From NCBI GenBank assembly GCA_965208105.1, contig OZ242318.1:3648001-3712000 (forward strand): 64,000 bases of DNA, written 5' to 3'. Both the position numbers and the translations under genes were made by a program. Shown here one piece after another: positions 56,031 to 64,000 of this stretch. How positions within the stretch are numbered: the first letter of the stretch is position 1; every line of letters begins with the position of its first letter. Below the pieces are notes generated by a model. That model had not been told where the DNA came from, did no database searches, and worked only from the letters and a program-made list of their open reading frames with translations. The stretch is from Candidatus Latescibacterota bacterium. Its GTDB lineage: Bacteria; Latescibacterota; UBA2968; UBA8231.

Positions 56031-56699
56031 ATGGACGGCAGTTGGCGCAGGTGGTTATGGCCGGGACTGCTGGCCCTTTGGCTCGGCGCCCCGGGGGCCC
56101 AGCCCGCGTGGGGCATCAGCGGGTCCCAGGTCATCGAGAAGATGCGCAAGAGCTTCGCCGGCTACAAGACCTTTTCCGCCAGCTTCGAGAAGCAGTTCTA
56201 CTGGGCCGTGCTGGACCAGAGCAGCACCCTGGAGGGGAAGATCTACACCCGCAGGCCCGACCACTTTCGCCTCGAGGCGGGGGACGGGAACCTCGTGGTG
56301 GCCGACGGCGAGACCATCTGGTCCTACGTGGCCCGCAACGAGCAGGTCATCGTCAGCTCCTACTCGGGGGGATTGAGGACTCCTTGGGAGATCCTGGTGG
56401 ACTACACCGACCGCTACCGCACCGTGTCGGTGGAGGAGGTCCGCCTGGGGAAGCGCAGGTGCTACCTGCTGGGGCTGAGACCGCGCGCGGACAATTCCTA
56501 CATGACCCAGATGAGGATCTGGGTGGAGCGCGACCACTGGCTCCTGATGAAGGTGGAGCAGGTGGAGGCCAACGACAATATCACCACCTACGTCCTCGAG
56601 GGCCACAAGGCCAACCGGAGGCTGAGCGGCGACCTCTTCCGCTTCGAGATTCCCGCGGGAGTCGAGGTCATCGACCGCAGGAACCCGGAACCGCCATGA
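56031..56699 (+). CDS. lolA: Outer-membrane lipoprotein carrier protein LolA
   Basis: Signal peptide; SASFE, RPDHFRLE, LVVADGETIWSY, FRFEIPAGVEVID; canonical position after ftsK. Confidence 0.85.
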   Translation: MDGSWRRWLWPGLLALWLGAPGAQPAWGISGSQVIEKMRKSFAGYKTFSASFEKQFYWAVLDQSSTLEGKIYTRRPDHFRLEAGDGNLVVADGETIWSYVARNEQVIVSSYSGGLRTPWEILVDYTDRYRTVSVEEVRLGKRRCYLLGLRPRADNSYMTQMRIWVERDHWLLMKVEQVEANDNITTYVLEGHKANRRLSGDLFRFEIPAGVEVIDRRNPEPP

Positions 56700-58369
56700 T
56701 GCGCCGCCCGCAAAGAGTCCTGGTCTGCGCCGTCCTGGCGCAGCTGCTTGCCGGCTCCTTCGCCTCCGCCCGGCCTGGAGGAGACTTCTGGGTATTCCTG
56801 CGCGACAAGCCCGATGGCGCGGGCGGGCGCCTGCTCTGGGGCGAGTTGGGAGCAGGACATCCCGCCTCTGAGCTGGACCTGGAGGTGGACCCGGGTTACG
56901 TCTCCCGGATCGAAAGGGCCGGCCCCGTCGTCCGCGCCCGGTCGAGGTGGTTCAACGCCGTCAGCGTCCGGACCACCCCCTCCCAGCTCCGCTGGCTCGA
57001 GGTCCAGCCCTTCGTGCTCCGCCTGCGCCCGGTGGCCAGGTTCCGGCGCCCGCCGCCGCTCCCGGAGCAGGCCGCCGCCGAGGCGGTGCCGGCGCCGAGT
57101 CCCAAGGGGCTGGCGCAGGACTACGGTCCCTCCTTCGCGCAGTTGTCGCGGATCGGGGTGGTGGCTCTGCACAACCTGGGCTACCTCGGGCAGGGCGTTC
57201 GCATCGCCTTGCTGGACAACGGCTTTCACCACGTCGGACACCCGGCCTTCGCCGGTCTCCGGGTCGTGGCCGCCCGCGACTTCATCAACGGCGACGACGT
57301 GGTTACCGACCAGGACGACCAGCCCGTAACCCCCAACGAATCCACGACAGACCAGAATATCCACGGCGCCCAGGTGCTGTCCATCCTGGGCGGCCATGAT
57401 TCGGGGCACCTGATCGGAGTGGCTCCCGAGGCCGAGTACATCCTGGCCAAGACCGAGGACAACGGCAGCGAGCTGCCGGTGGAGGAAGACCGCTGGATCG
57501 AGGGGCTGGAATGGGCCCAGCGCCAGGGTGCCCGGGTGGTCAACAGCTCCCTGGGCTACAGCACCTGGGACGACGGCAGCGGCTACACCTACGAGGAGAT
57601 GGACGGGGCCACCGCCCTGACCTCGCGGGCGGCGCAGATGGCCGCGGAGCGGGGCATCGTGGTGGTGGTATCGGCCGGCAACGAGGGCGACAAGCCCTGG
57701 CGCTACATCACCGCGCCGGCCGACGCTCCCGGGGTCATCACGGTGGGAGCAGTGGACTCGAGGGACAGCCTGGCCGCCTTCAGCTCGCGCGGACCCGCGG
57801 CGGACGGCCGCGTCAAGCCCGACCTGGTGGCGCCGGGTGTGGGCCTGGTGGCCGCCCAAATCCGCGGCGGGGGCTATTCCCGCTCCCGCGGGACCTCCTT
57901 TGCCGCTCCCCTGGTGAGCGGGGCGTGCGCCCTGCTGCTCCAGATCCATCCGGACTGGGACCCGGCCCGGGTGCTCGAGGCCCTGCGCGAAACCGCCGCG
58001 GACCTGGGCCCGGCGGGTCCCGACACCCTCTACGGCTGGGGCTTGGTCAACGCCCTCGGGGCCAGCGACGTTTCCGTGTCCAGGCCCACCGAGGTCGCGG
58101 CCGGAATCCCCTTTCCCAACCCGGCGGCTGCGGGCGTGGTCTATTTCCCCCTGAAACTGCCCGAGGCCGCCACCGTCGTCCTCGAGGTCTTCGATTTGTC
58201 CGGCTCCCCCGTGGCGGACCTTGAGCGCCGCCTCGAGGCGGGAGACTACAGCACCGCCCCGAGGTCCCTGCCCTGGGAGGTCCCCGAGGATCTCGGCAGC
58301 GGAGTCTACTTCTACCAGTTGCGGACCCCCACCTTCACTCGCCTGGGCAAGATCGCCCTGGTACGCTGA
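56696..58369 (+). CDS. Secreted S8 subtilisin-like serine peptidase with FlgD/T9SS-type CTD
   Basis: Catalytic triad LLDNG, HGAQV, GTSFAAP; SAGNEG oxyanion hole; PFPNP...GSGVYFYQL...GKIALVR. Confidence 0.92.
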   Translation: MMRRPQRVLVCAVLAQLLAGSFASARPGGDFWVFLRDKPDGAGGRLLWGELGAGHPASELDLEVDPGYVSRIERAGPVVRARSRWFNAVSVRTTPSQLRWLEVQPFVLRLRPVARFRRPPPLPEQAAAEAVPAPSPKGLAQDYGPSFAQLSRIGVVALHNLGYLGQGVRIALLDNGFHHVGHPAFAGLRVVAARDFINGDDVVTDQDDQPVTPNESTTDQNIHGAQVLSILGGHDSGHLIGVAPEAEYILAKTEDNGSELPVEEDRWIEGLEWAQRQGARVVNSSLGYSTWDDGSGYTYEEMDGATALTSRAAQMAAERGIVVVVSAGNEGDKPWRYITAPADAPGVITVGAVDSRDSLAAFSSRGPAADGRVKPDLVAPGVGLVAAQIRGGGYSRSRGTSFAAPLVSGACALLLQIHPDWDPARVLEALRETAADLGPAGPDTLYGWGLVNALGASDVSVSRPTEVAAGIPFPNPAAAGVVYFPLKLPEAATVVLEVFDLSGSPVADLERRLEAGDYSTAPRSLPWEVPEDLGSGVYFYQLRTPTFTRLGKIALVR

Positions 58370-58379
58370 GGAGGCGGCG

Positions 58380-58865
58380 GTGGGACGGCATCCCGGCGGC
58401 GGCGCCGATTTGAACGCCTGGATTCGCAGGCTGGTGCTGGCCCTCGTTCTGTTCGTGCCCATCTACCTCGTCCTGCGCTTCACCGGGGGCTCGCTTGAGA
58501 AGATGGGGCAATTGCCCGATCTTATAGACCGCTTTCGAAACCCCATTTCCTGGGAGGTGCCGGAGGGAGGAGTGCGCTACATGGCCGCCTTCGAAGGCGA
58601 ACCCGGGGAGGGCAACAAGTTCGTGCTGGTGCGGGTGCGCATGCGGGCGCGGTTGAACATCGCCTACCCGATCGTGCCCCGCTGCTTCACCCTGGTGGAC
58701 CAGGGTGACAACCGCTTCAATCCACTGATTCGCTCGCCGCTCTTCCTGGCGCGGTCCGACAGCTTCCATCTCGGCAAGGACGATGAATTCGACGAGGAGC
58801 TGCTGTTCGAGGTCCCGCTGGAGAGCGAGTCCCGCACCTTGCTGTTCGAGCGATTCCAGGAATGA
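58380..58865 (+). CDS. Membrane-anchored DUF4352-like Ig-fold protein
   Basis: GTG after GAGGAGG; one TM; GNKFVLVRV, FTLVDQGDNRF, LLFEVP. Confidence 0.65.
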   Translation: MGRHPGGGADLNAWIRRLVLALVLFVPIYLVLRFTGGSLEKMGQLPDLIDRFRNPISWEVPEGGVRYMAAFEGEPGEGNKFVLVRVRMRARLNIAYPIVPRCFTLVDQGDNRFNPLIRSPLFLARSDSFHLGKDDEFDEELLFEVPLESESRTLLFERFQE

Positions 58866-58877
58866 GGAGACCTGAAA

Positions 58878-59976
58878 ATGCCTACGCTGGAAGAAGAGCT
58901 GCAGGATTGCCGCGAGCGCCTCGAACGGATGGGAGGCTACCTTTGACCTGGCGGGAAAGAAGAAGGCCCTGTCGGATCTGGAGGAGCGCATGGCCTCGTC
59001 CGGCTTCTGGAACGACCGCCGCCGCGCCGGTGAGGCGGGGCGCCAGGTGCGGGCCCTGAAGGATTCCATCACCTCGTGGGAGACTCTCCGAGTCGAGCTC
59101 GACGATCTGGGCGACCTGCAGGAGATGGCCGCCGCCGAAGGCGATGAGAGCGCTCTGGCCGAAATCGAGGGCGAGGCGGCCTCCCTGTCCTCCCGCATCG
59201 GCGAGCTGGAGCTGCACAGCACCTTGAGCGAAGGCGACGACCGCAAGAACGCCATCCTCGACATCAACTCGGGGGCCGGCGGCACCGAGGCCGCGGACTG
59301 GGCCGCCATGCTCATGCGCATGTACATGCGCTGGATCGAGCGGCGCAGCTTCCAGAGCGACATAATGGACCTGCAGGCCGGGGAAGAGGCCGGCATCAAG
59401 AGCGTGACGGTGGAGGTCAAGGGCGAGTACGCCTATGGATTTCTCAAGGCCGAGGCGGGGGTCCACCGCCTGGTCCGCATCTCGCCGTTCGACGCCAACA
59501 GCCGCCGCCACACCTCCTTCGCCTCGGTCTTCGTCTATCCGGAGGTCGAGGACGAGGTGGAGGTGGACCTGCGCGACGAGGACCTGCAGATCGAGGTGTT
59601 CCGCGCCGGCGGCGCCGGAGGACAGCACGTCAACAAGACCTCCTCCGCGGTGCGCATCAGGCACCTTCCCACCGGAATCGTGGTCCAGTGCCAAAACGAG
59701 CGCTCCCAGTTCAAGAACAAGGCCACCGCGCGCAAGGTGCTGGCCACCCGTCTCTACCAGCACTACAAGGAAGAAGAGCAGAAGAAGCTGGCGGCGGTGG
59801 AGAGCTCCAAGAAGAGCATCGAGTTCGGCAGCCAGATCCGCTCCTACGTCTTCCATCCTTACAACCTGGTCAAGGACCACCGCACCGCCTGGGAGACCGC
59901 CGGCATCCAGGCGGTGATGGACGGCGACATCGACCCCTTCATCCGGGCCTTTCTGACCCAGGGAAAGACGCGGTAG
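58878..59976 (+). CDS. prfB: Peptide chain release factor 2 (programmed +1 frameshift at CTT TGA C, 58941-58947)
   Basis: ATG 58878 gives MPTLEEELQDCRERLERMGGYL then CTT-TGA-C with internal SD GGGAGG. The +1 frame continues DLAGKKK into GAGGTEAADWA, SPF tripeptide, GGQ. Confidence 0.96.
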
Positions 59977-59980
59977 AGGC

Positions 59981-61240
59981 TTGTCCTACGAGCTCTTCAT
60001 AGCCGCGCGCTATCTGCGCTCCAAGCAGCGGACCGGGTTCATCTCCACCATCACCTACATCGCGGCGGGCGGAGTGATCCTCGGCGTCGCCGCCCTGGTC
60101 ATCATGCTGTCGGTGGCCAACGGCTTTTCCGGCGAGGTCAAGAACCGCCTCCTGGGGATGAACGCCCACGTCAACGTCCTCAAGTTTCACGGCGCGGCGG
60201 TGGAGGACTACCGCCCCCTGGTGGAGAGACTCGAGGGATTTCCCGAGGTCGTCGCCGCGGCGCCGGTGATCGACAGCAAGGTGGTCATCACCGCCAAGCG
60301 CGACCGCAGGCAGATGGACGGGATTTTCCTCTGGGGGGTCGAGCCCGAAAGCTTCTCCCGCGTCTCCGACCTGCCCCTGCACCTGACCTACGACCACGAG
60401 GAGCTGTTGAGATTGGGCCCGGTGCCCGAACAGAGATATCCCGGCATCATCCTGGGGGAGTACCTGGCCCGGAGGTTGAGGGTGGGGCCCGGCGACGAGG
60501 TGCTCCTGGTCACCATGAACATCGACCTGGACAAGGCCGTGCTCGAGGGCTTCACCCCCAGACCCTGGCCTTTCCTGGTCACCAACACCTTCGAGACCGG
60601 GATGCATCAGTACGACGACAGCTTCGCCTTCATCGCCCTGGAGGACGCCCAGCGCATCCTGGATTTGGGTGAGGGGGTGAGCAACATCCATCTGCGGGTC
60701 ACGGATATCGACCTCGCCACCCAGGTCAGGGAGGCGCTGGACCTGGAGCTGGGCTATCCCTATCGCACCACGGACTGGACCCAGCTCTTTCCCGAGTTCT
60801 TCCGCTTCATGGAGCTGGAGAAGTGGGGCCTCTTCATCGCCCTCAGCCTCATCGTTCTGGTGGCCGCGTTCAACATCATGTCCATCCTCGTCATGTCCAT
60901 CCTGATAAAGACTCCCGAGATCGGCATCCTCAGGGCCATGGGCTCCACCGCCAGGGGGATCCGCCGCGTCTTCGTCTACCAGGGAATGGCCATCGGGGTG
61001 GCGGGCACCATCCTGGGCTGCCTGATCGGGCTCGCGCTGTGCCTGGCGCAGCAGCACTTCGAGCTGATATCCATTCCCGGCGACATCTACATCATCAACT
61101 CCCTCCCCATCGACATGGAGGTCCTCGACTTCGCCGTGGTTTCCCTGTCGAGCCTGGGGATCTGCCTGCTGGTTTCGGCCTACTCGGCGCGCAAGGCCTC
61201 CGCATTGATGCCGGTCGAAGCGATTCGCTATATTATGTGA
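59981..61240 (+). CDS. lolE: Lipoprotein-releasing ABC transporter permease LolC/E
   Basis: ELFIAARYLR, GVAALVIMLSVANGF, VAAFNI, EIGILRAMG, PVEAIRY. Confidence 0.88.
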   Translation: MSYELFIAARYLRSKQRTGFISTITYIAAGGVILGVAALVIMLSVANGFSGEVKNRLLGMNAHVNVLKFHGAAVEDYRPLVERLEGFPEVVAAAPVIDSKVVITAKRDRRQMDGIFLWGVEPESFSRVSDLPLHLTYDHEELLRLGPVPEQRYPGIILGEYLARRLRVGPGDEVLLVTMNIDLDKAVLEGFTPRPWPFLVTNTFETGMHQYDDSFAFIALEDAQRILDLGEGVSNIHLRVTDIDLATQVREALDLELGYPYRTTDWTQLFPEFFRFMELEKWGLFIALSLIVLVAAFNIMSILVMSILIKTPEIGILRAMGSTARGIRRVFVYQGMAIGVAGTILGCLIGLALCLAQQHFELISIPGDIYIINSLPIDMEVLDFAVVSLSSLGICLLVSAYSARKASALMPVEAIRYIM

Positions 61241-61252
61241 GGGGAAGGCCAC

Positions 61253-61945
61253 TTGTCCGGGCAATCTGAGCGCGACATGGTATTGCGGGCGCGGGGGATC
61301 CGCAAGGTCTTCCGGTCCGGGGAGGAGGAGCTGGAGGTCCTCGCTCACGTGGACCTCGAAGTGACCCGGGGCGAGTCCCTCGCCATCATGGGAGCTTCCG
61401 GGGTGGGCAAGAGCACCCTGCTGCACATCCTGGGGACCCTGGACCGCCCCACCTCGGGGGAGCTGACCATCGACGCGGTGGACGTTCTGCGCGTGTCCGA
61501 CGCGGACCTGGCCGCTTTCCGCAGCAGGCACATCGGCTTCGTCTTTCAGTTCCACCACCTTCTGCCCGAGTTCAGCGCCCTCGAGAACGTCATGATGCCG
61601 GCGATGATCGCTTCGAAGCGGGGCCCGCTCCTGGAGGCGGAGGCCAGGGACCTGCTCGTCGCGGTGGGATTGGAAGAACGCCTGCATCATCGCCCCGGAG
61701 AGCTGTCGGGGGGAGAATGCCAGCGGGTGGCCCTGGTGCGGGCCCTGGTGATGAAACCCCGGGTCGTGCTGGCCGACGAACCTTCCGGTAACCTCGATTC
61801 GGCCACCAGCGAGAGGCTGCACGCATTGATCAGGGAATTTTCCCGGTCCCATGGACAGACTTTCGTGGTCATGACCCACGACCACGGACTGGCTGCCGGC
61901 ATGGACCGGGTCGGGCGGCTCGAGGAAGGCGTGCTGCGCCTCTAG
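61253..61945 (+). CDS. lolD: Lipoprotein-releasing ABC transporter ATPase
   Basis: GASGVGKSTLLH, LolD motif IGFVFQFHHLLPEFSALENV, LSGGE, LADEPSGNLD. Confidence 0.92.
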   Translation: MSGQSERDMVLRARGIRKVFRSGEEELEVLAHVDLEVTRGESLAIMGASGVGKSTLLHILGTLDRPTSGELTIDAVDVLRVSDADLAAFRSRHIGFVFQFHHLLPEFSALENVMMPAMIASKRGPLLEAEARDLLVAVGLEERLHHRPGELSGGECQRVALVRALVMKPRVVLADEPSGNLDSATSERLHALIREFSRSHGQTFVVMTHDHGLAAGMDRVGRLEEGVLRL

Positions 61946-61973
61946 CGGGCGGCCGGACAGGAGGAGCAAAGGC

Positions 61974-62483
61974 GTGAACACCTGCGAGTTGTGCCACGAA
62001 CATCCGGCCACGGTCGTGTCGGCCCACATTGTGGGGAAGAAAAAGAACATTCTGCACCTTTGCAGCTTCTGCGCCTCCAAGCAGCACGGGGTCGAGACCA
62101 AGGGGACGAAGGTGGAGATCGTGGTCAAGAAGGGGAAGGCCAAGATCCTCGATGAGGACGGGGAGCCCTTCACCGCCCAGTGCGCCGAATGCGGAATGAC
62201 CTACGAGACCTTCAAGGAAGGAGGCCGCTTCGGCTGCCACGCCTGCTACTCCGCCTTCGAGCCGCAGCTGGACCGCCTGCTGAAGCGCATCCACGGGGCG
62301 GTCGAGCACCGCGGCAAGGGGCCGGTGCGGCGCCGGGTGCTGCCCGTTCCGGCGGAGGAGCTGGAGAGCCTGCGCGAGGAGCTCGAGGCCGCGGTGGCCG
62401 ATGAGGCTTTCGAGAAGGCGGCCGACCTCCGCGACCGGATCGTCAGGCTCCGCGGGGAAGGAACCGGGGATGCACCTGAGTGA
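61974..62483 (+). CDS. mcsA: Protein-arginine kinase activator McsA
   Basis: Four CxxC motifs (CELC, CSFC, CAEC, GRFGCHACY), RIHG..H.GK.P, C-terminal UVR domain AVADEAFEKAADLRD; SD AGGAGG. Confidence 0.9.
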   Translation: MNTCELCHEHPATVVSAHIVGKKKNILHLCSFCASKQHGVETKGTKVEIVVKKGKAKILDEDGEPFTAQCAECGMTYETFKEGGRFGCHACYSAFEPQLDRLLKRIHGAVEHRGKGPVRRRVLPVPAEELESLREELEAAVADEAFEKAADLRDRIVRLRGEGTGDAPE

Positions 62484-63555
62484 GCTGGCCAACAATCCCG
62501 CCCACTGGTTGAGCGGTGCGGACGACGCCCGCGGCATAGTCGTCAGCTGCAGGGCGCGGCTCGCCCGCAATCTCAGCACCCGCCCCTTCGCCAGGACGGC
62601 CACCGAGGAGGACCAGGAATACGTCATCGAGCAGGTGCTCGTGGCCGCCAGGCGCAGCCGACATCTGCACAACGCCGTGTTTCTCAAGATGAACGCGCTG
62701 AACTCCGACCAGCGCCGTTTCCTGGTCGAGCGCCACCTCGTCAGTCCGGCCCTGGCGGCGGGCAAGGGGCAGCGCGGCGTGCTCTACAACCGGGACGAGT
62801 CCCTCAGCGTGATGGTCAACGAGGAGGACCACCTGCGCCTGCAGGCCATTCTGCCCGGGATGCAGGCCAGGGAGGCATGGTCGCGGATCAACGCCCTCGA
62901 TGACGAGCTGGGCGCCGGACTGGACTATGCCCACTCCGAGAGATGGGGCTATTTGACCGCCTGTCTGACCAACACCGGCACCGGGCTGCGGGCATCCGTC
63001 CTCATCCACCTTCCGGCCCTCGTCCTCACCGAGGACATGCAGAGGGTGATGCGCGGCCTGGAGAAGATGTCCTTCGCGGTGCGGGGAGTCTACGGCGAGG
63101 GCACCAATGCCACCGGCAACCTGTACCAGGTATCCAACCAGGCCACCCTGGGGAAGTCGGAGGAGGAGGTGGTCGGCGAGCTCGCCCGCCTGACCGGGCA
63201 GCTCATCGAGTACGAGAAGGAGGCACAGGAAACCCTGATGGAGTCGGCGCGTTCCCAGGTGGAGGACAAGGTCTGGCGCGCCTACGGGGTCCTTTCCCAC
63301 GCCCGCGTCCTGGGCAGCCAGGAGCTCATGAACCTGCTGTCCGCCCTGCGCCTGGGGTACAGCCTGGGAATGGTCGAGGACGTGCCCTCGAGTTTCATGA
63401 ACCACCTGATGATCGTCACCCAGCCCTCCCACCTCCACGCCGAGGCCGGCAGCATACTCGAGCCCGAGGAAAGAGACGTTCGCCGGGCGGCGTTGGTGCG
63501 CCGGCTCCTGGGGGAGTTGAAGTCCAAGGGGAAGGGGGGTAGTGGGTCGGGTTGA
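62470..63555 (+). CDS. mcsB: Protein arginine kinase McsB
   Basis: SCRARLARN, LVERHLVS, MVNEEDHLR, GYLTACLTNTGTGLRASV, VRGVYGEG, QVSNQATLG, QPSHL. Confidence 0.93.
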   Translation: MHLSELANNPAHWLSGADDARGIVVSCRARLARNLSTRPFARTATEEDQEYVIEQVLVAARRSRHLHNAVFLKMNALNSDQRRFLVERHLVSPALAAGKGQRGVLYNRDESLSVMVNEEDHLRLQAILPGMQAREAWSRINALDDELGAGLDYAHSERWGYLTACLTNTGTGLRASVLIHLPALVLTEDMQRVMRGLEKMSFAVRGVYGEGTNATGNLYQVSNQATLGKSEEEVVGELARLTGQLIEYEKEAQETLMESARSQVEDKVWRAYGVLSHARVLGSQELMNLLSALRLGYSLGMVEDVPSSFMNHLMIVTQPSHLHAEAGSILEPEERDVRRAALVRRLLGELKSKGKGGSGSG

Positions 63556-63562
63556 GATTTAA

Positions 63563-63594
63563 TCTCATTCGGGTCCTGTCTCATTCGGGTCCTG
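63563..63594. repeat. Exact 16-bp tandem duplication TCTCATTCGGGTCCTG x2
   Basis: Units at 63563-63578 and 63579-63594; overlaps the dyad TGAGATT-T-AATCTCA (63553-63567). Confidence 0.9.
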
Positions 63595-63659
63595 TAATGT
63601 TTATTTTTATACTGCAACCGTTAATATTGCCAAATCCACAGGGAATAGGGAAGCATGCC

Positions 63660-64000
63660 ATGACGAGTTTGTTGAAATCGATGCTCATTGCGGTAATGAC
63701 CTTGGTCATTACCTCATGCGCAGACAGTCCCACCATGCCAAAGGGTAGCCCCAGTCCTGGCAATGGGATAAAGGTTGTAACTGCGGAAGGAAGGCCAATA
63801 TCCAAAGCAGAGGGATACTTGCTCAATAAAAAAGACTGGTCCATGCAGAAGGTGTCCACCAACGCCAAGGGCCGCCTCAAGATAGATCAACCTCTTGCCC
63901 AGGGCAATTATTGGCTAGGCATCTTGGTCGAAGGCGAGGTCTTGGTCGACACCAACGTTGCGAGCGGCCAGGAGACAGCGGTCGTGCATCCCATGAAGCT
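63660..64000 (+). CDS. Putative lipoprotein (partial, runs off the window)
   Basis: Manual translation MTSLLKSMLIAVMTLVITSCADSPTMPKGSP...GRPISKAEGYL...STNAKGRLKI...GNYWL. Lipobox ITSC; prealbumin/carboxypeptidase-regulatory-like pattern; visibly lower GC. Confidence 0.65.
   Translation, partial: MTSLLKSMLIAVMTLVITSCADSPTMPKGSPSPGNGIKVVTAEGRPISKAEGYLLNKKDWSMQKVSTNAKGRLKIDQPLAQGNYWLGILVEGEVLVDTNVASGQETAVVHPMK

Noticed and set aside
55847-56695. 840-aa S8 protease with long N-terminus
   Set aside because: The extension overlaps lolA in another frame; the signal peptide starts at 56696.
58878-58946. prfB as a frameshifted pseudogene
   Set aside because: It matches the canonical programmed CTT-TGA-C site with an internal SD.
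2423-62173. Many long overlapping ORFs in the track (e.g. 2521-4092, 11683-13725, 16875-18704, 27774-30317, 53749-55536, 59939-62173)
   Set aside because: Shadow ORFs of high-GC coding DNA: Arg/Pro/Gly/Ala-rich or antisense to genes with clear family motifs.
63581-63880. 99-aa minus-strand ORF
   Set aside because: It is antisense to the more credible plus-strand lipoprotein with a lipobox.

Overview
High-GC bacterial chromosomal window from a diderm, probably of the FCB-related group. The Latescibacterota-like assignment is an inference from the many secreted proteins ending in an NYPNPFNP..T.I / GxYFY C-terminal domain, the FDDFFxFADxFG motifs, and lolA/lolCE/lolD. It is a mostly housekeeping backbone: guaB, rdgB, hisG-hisD-hisB, moaD-moaE, tsaD, ftsK, lolA, prfB, lolC/E-lolD, mcsA-mcsB. 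Three recoding events are missed or split by the ORF track: a selenocysteine SelD (CGGU) with a SECIS-like hairpin, a 76-aa Rdx/SelW-family selenoprotein (CTAU) with a SECIS-like hairpin, and the +1 frameshift of prfB. The window is unusually dense in envelope-glycosylation genes: five GT-C-like polytopic membrane proteins (one TMTC-like with TPRs), GT2, two GT4, an epimerase, a methyltransferase and a Wzx-like flippase. These flank a ~2758-aa Thr/Asp-rich surface protein with ten Calx-beta/cadherin-like repeats, a dockerin-like double EF-hand motif, a cohesin-like domain and a sorting CTD, followed by a second secreted protein with a cohesin-like N-terminus. No rRNA, tRNA, CRISPR array, transposase or integrase was recognised. 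All family calls are by-eye motif recognition, not database searches.
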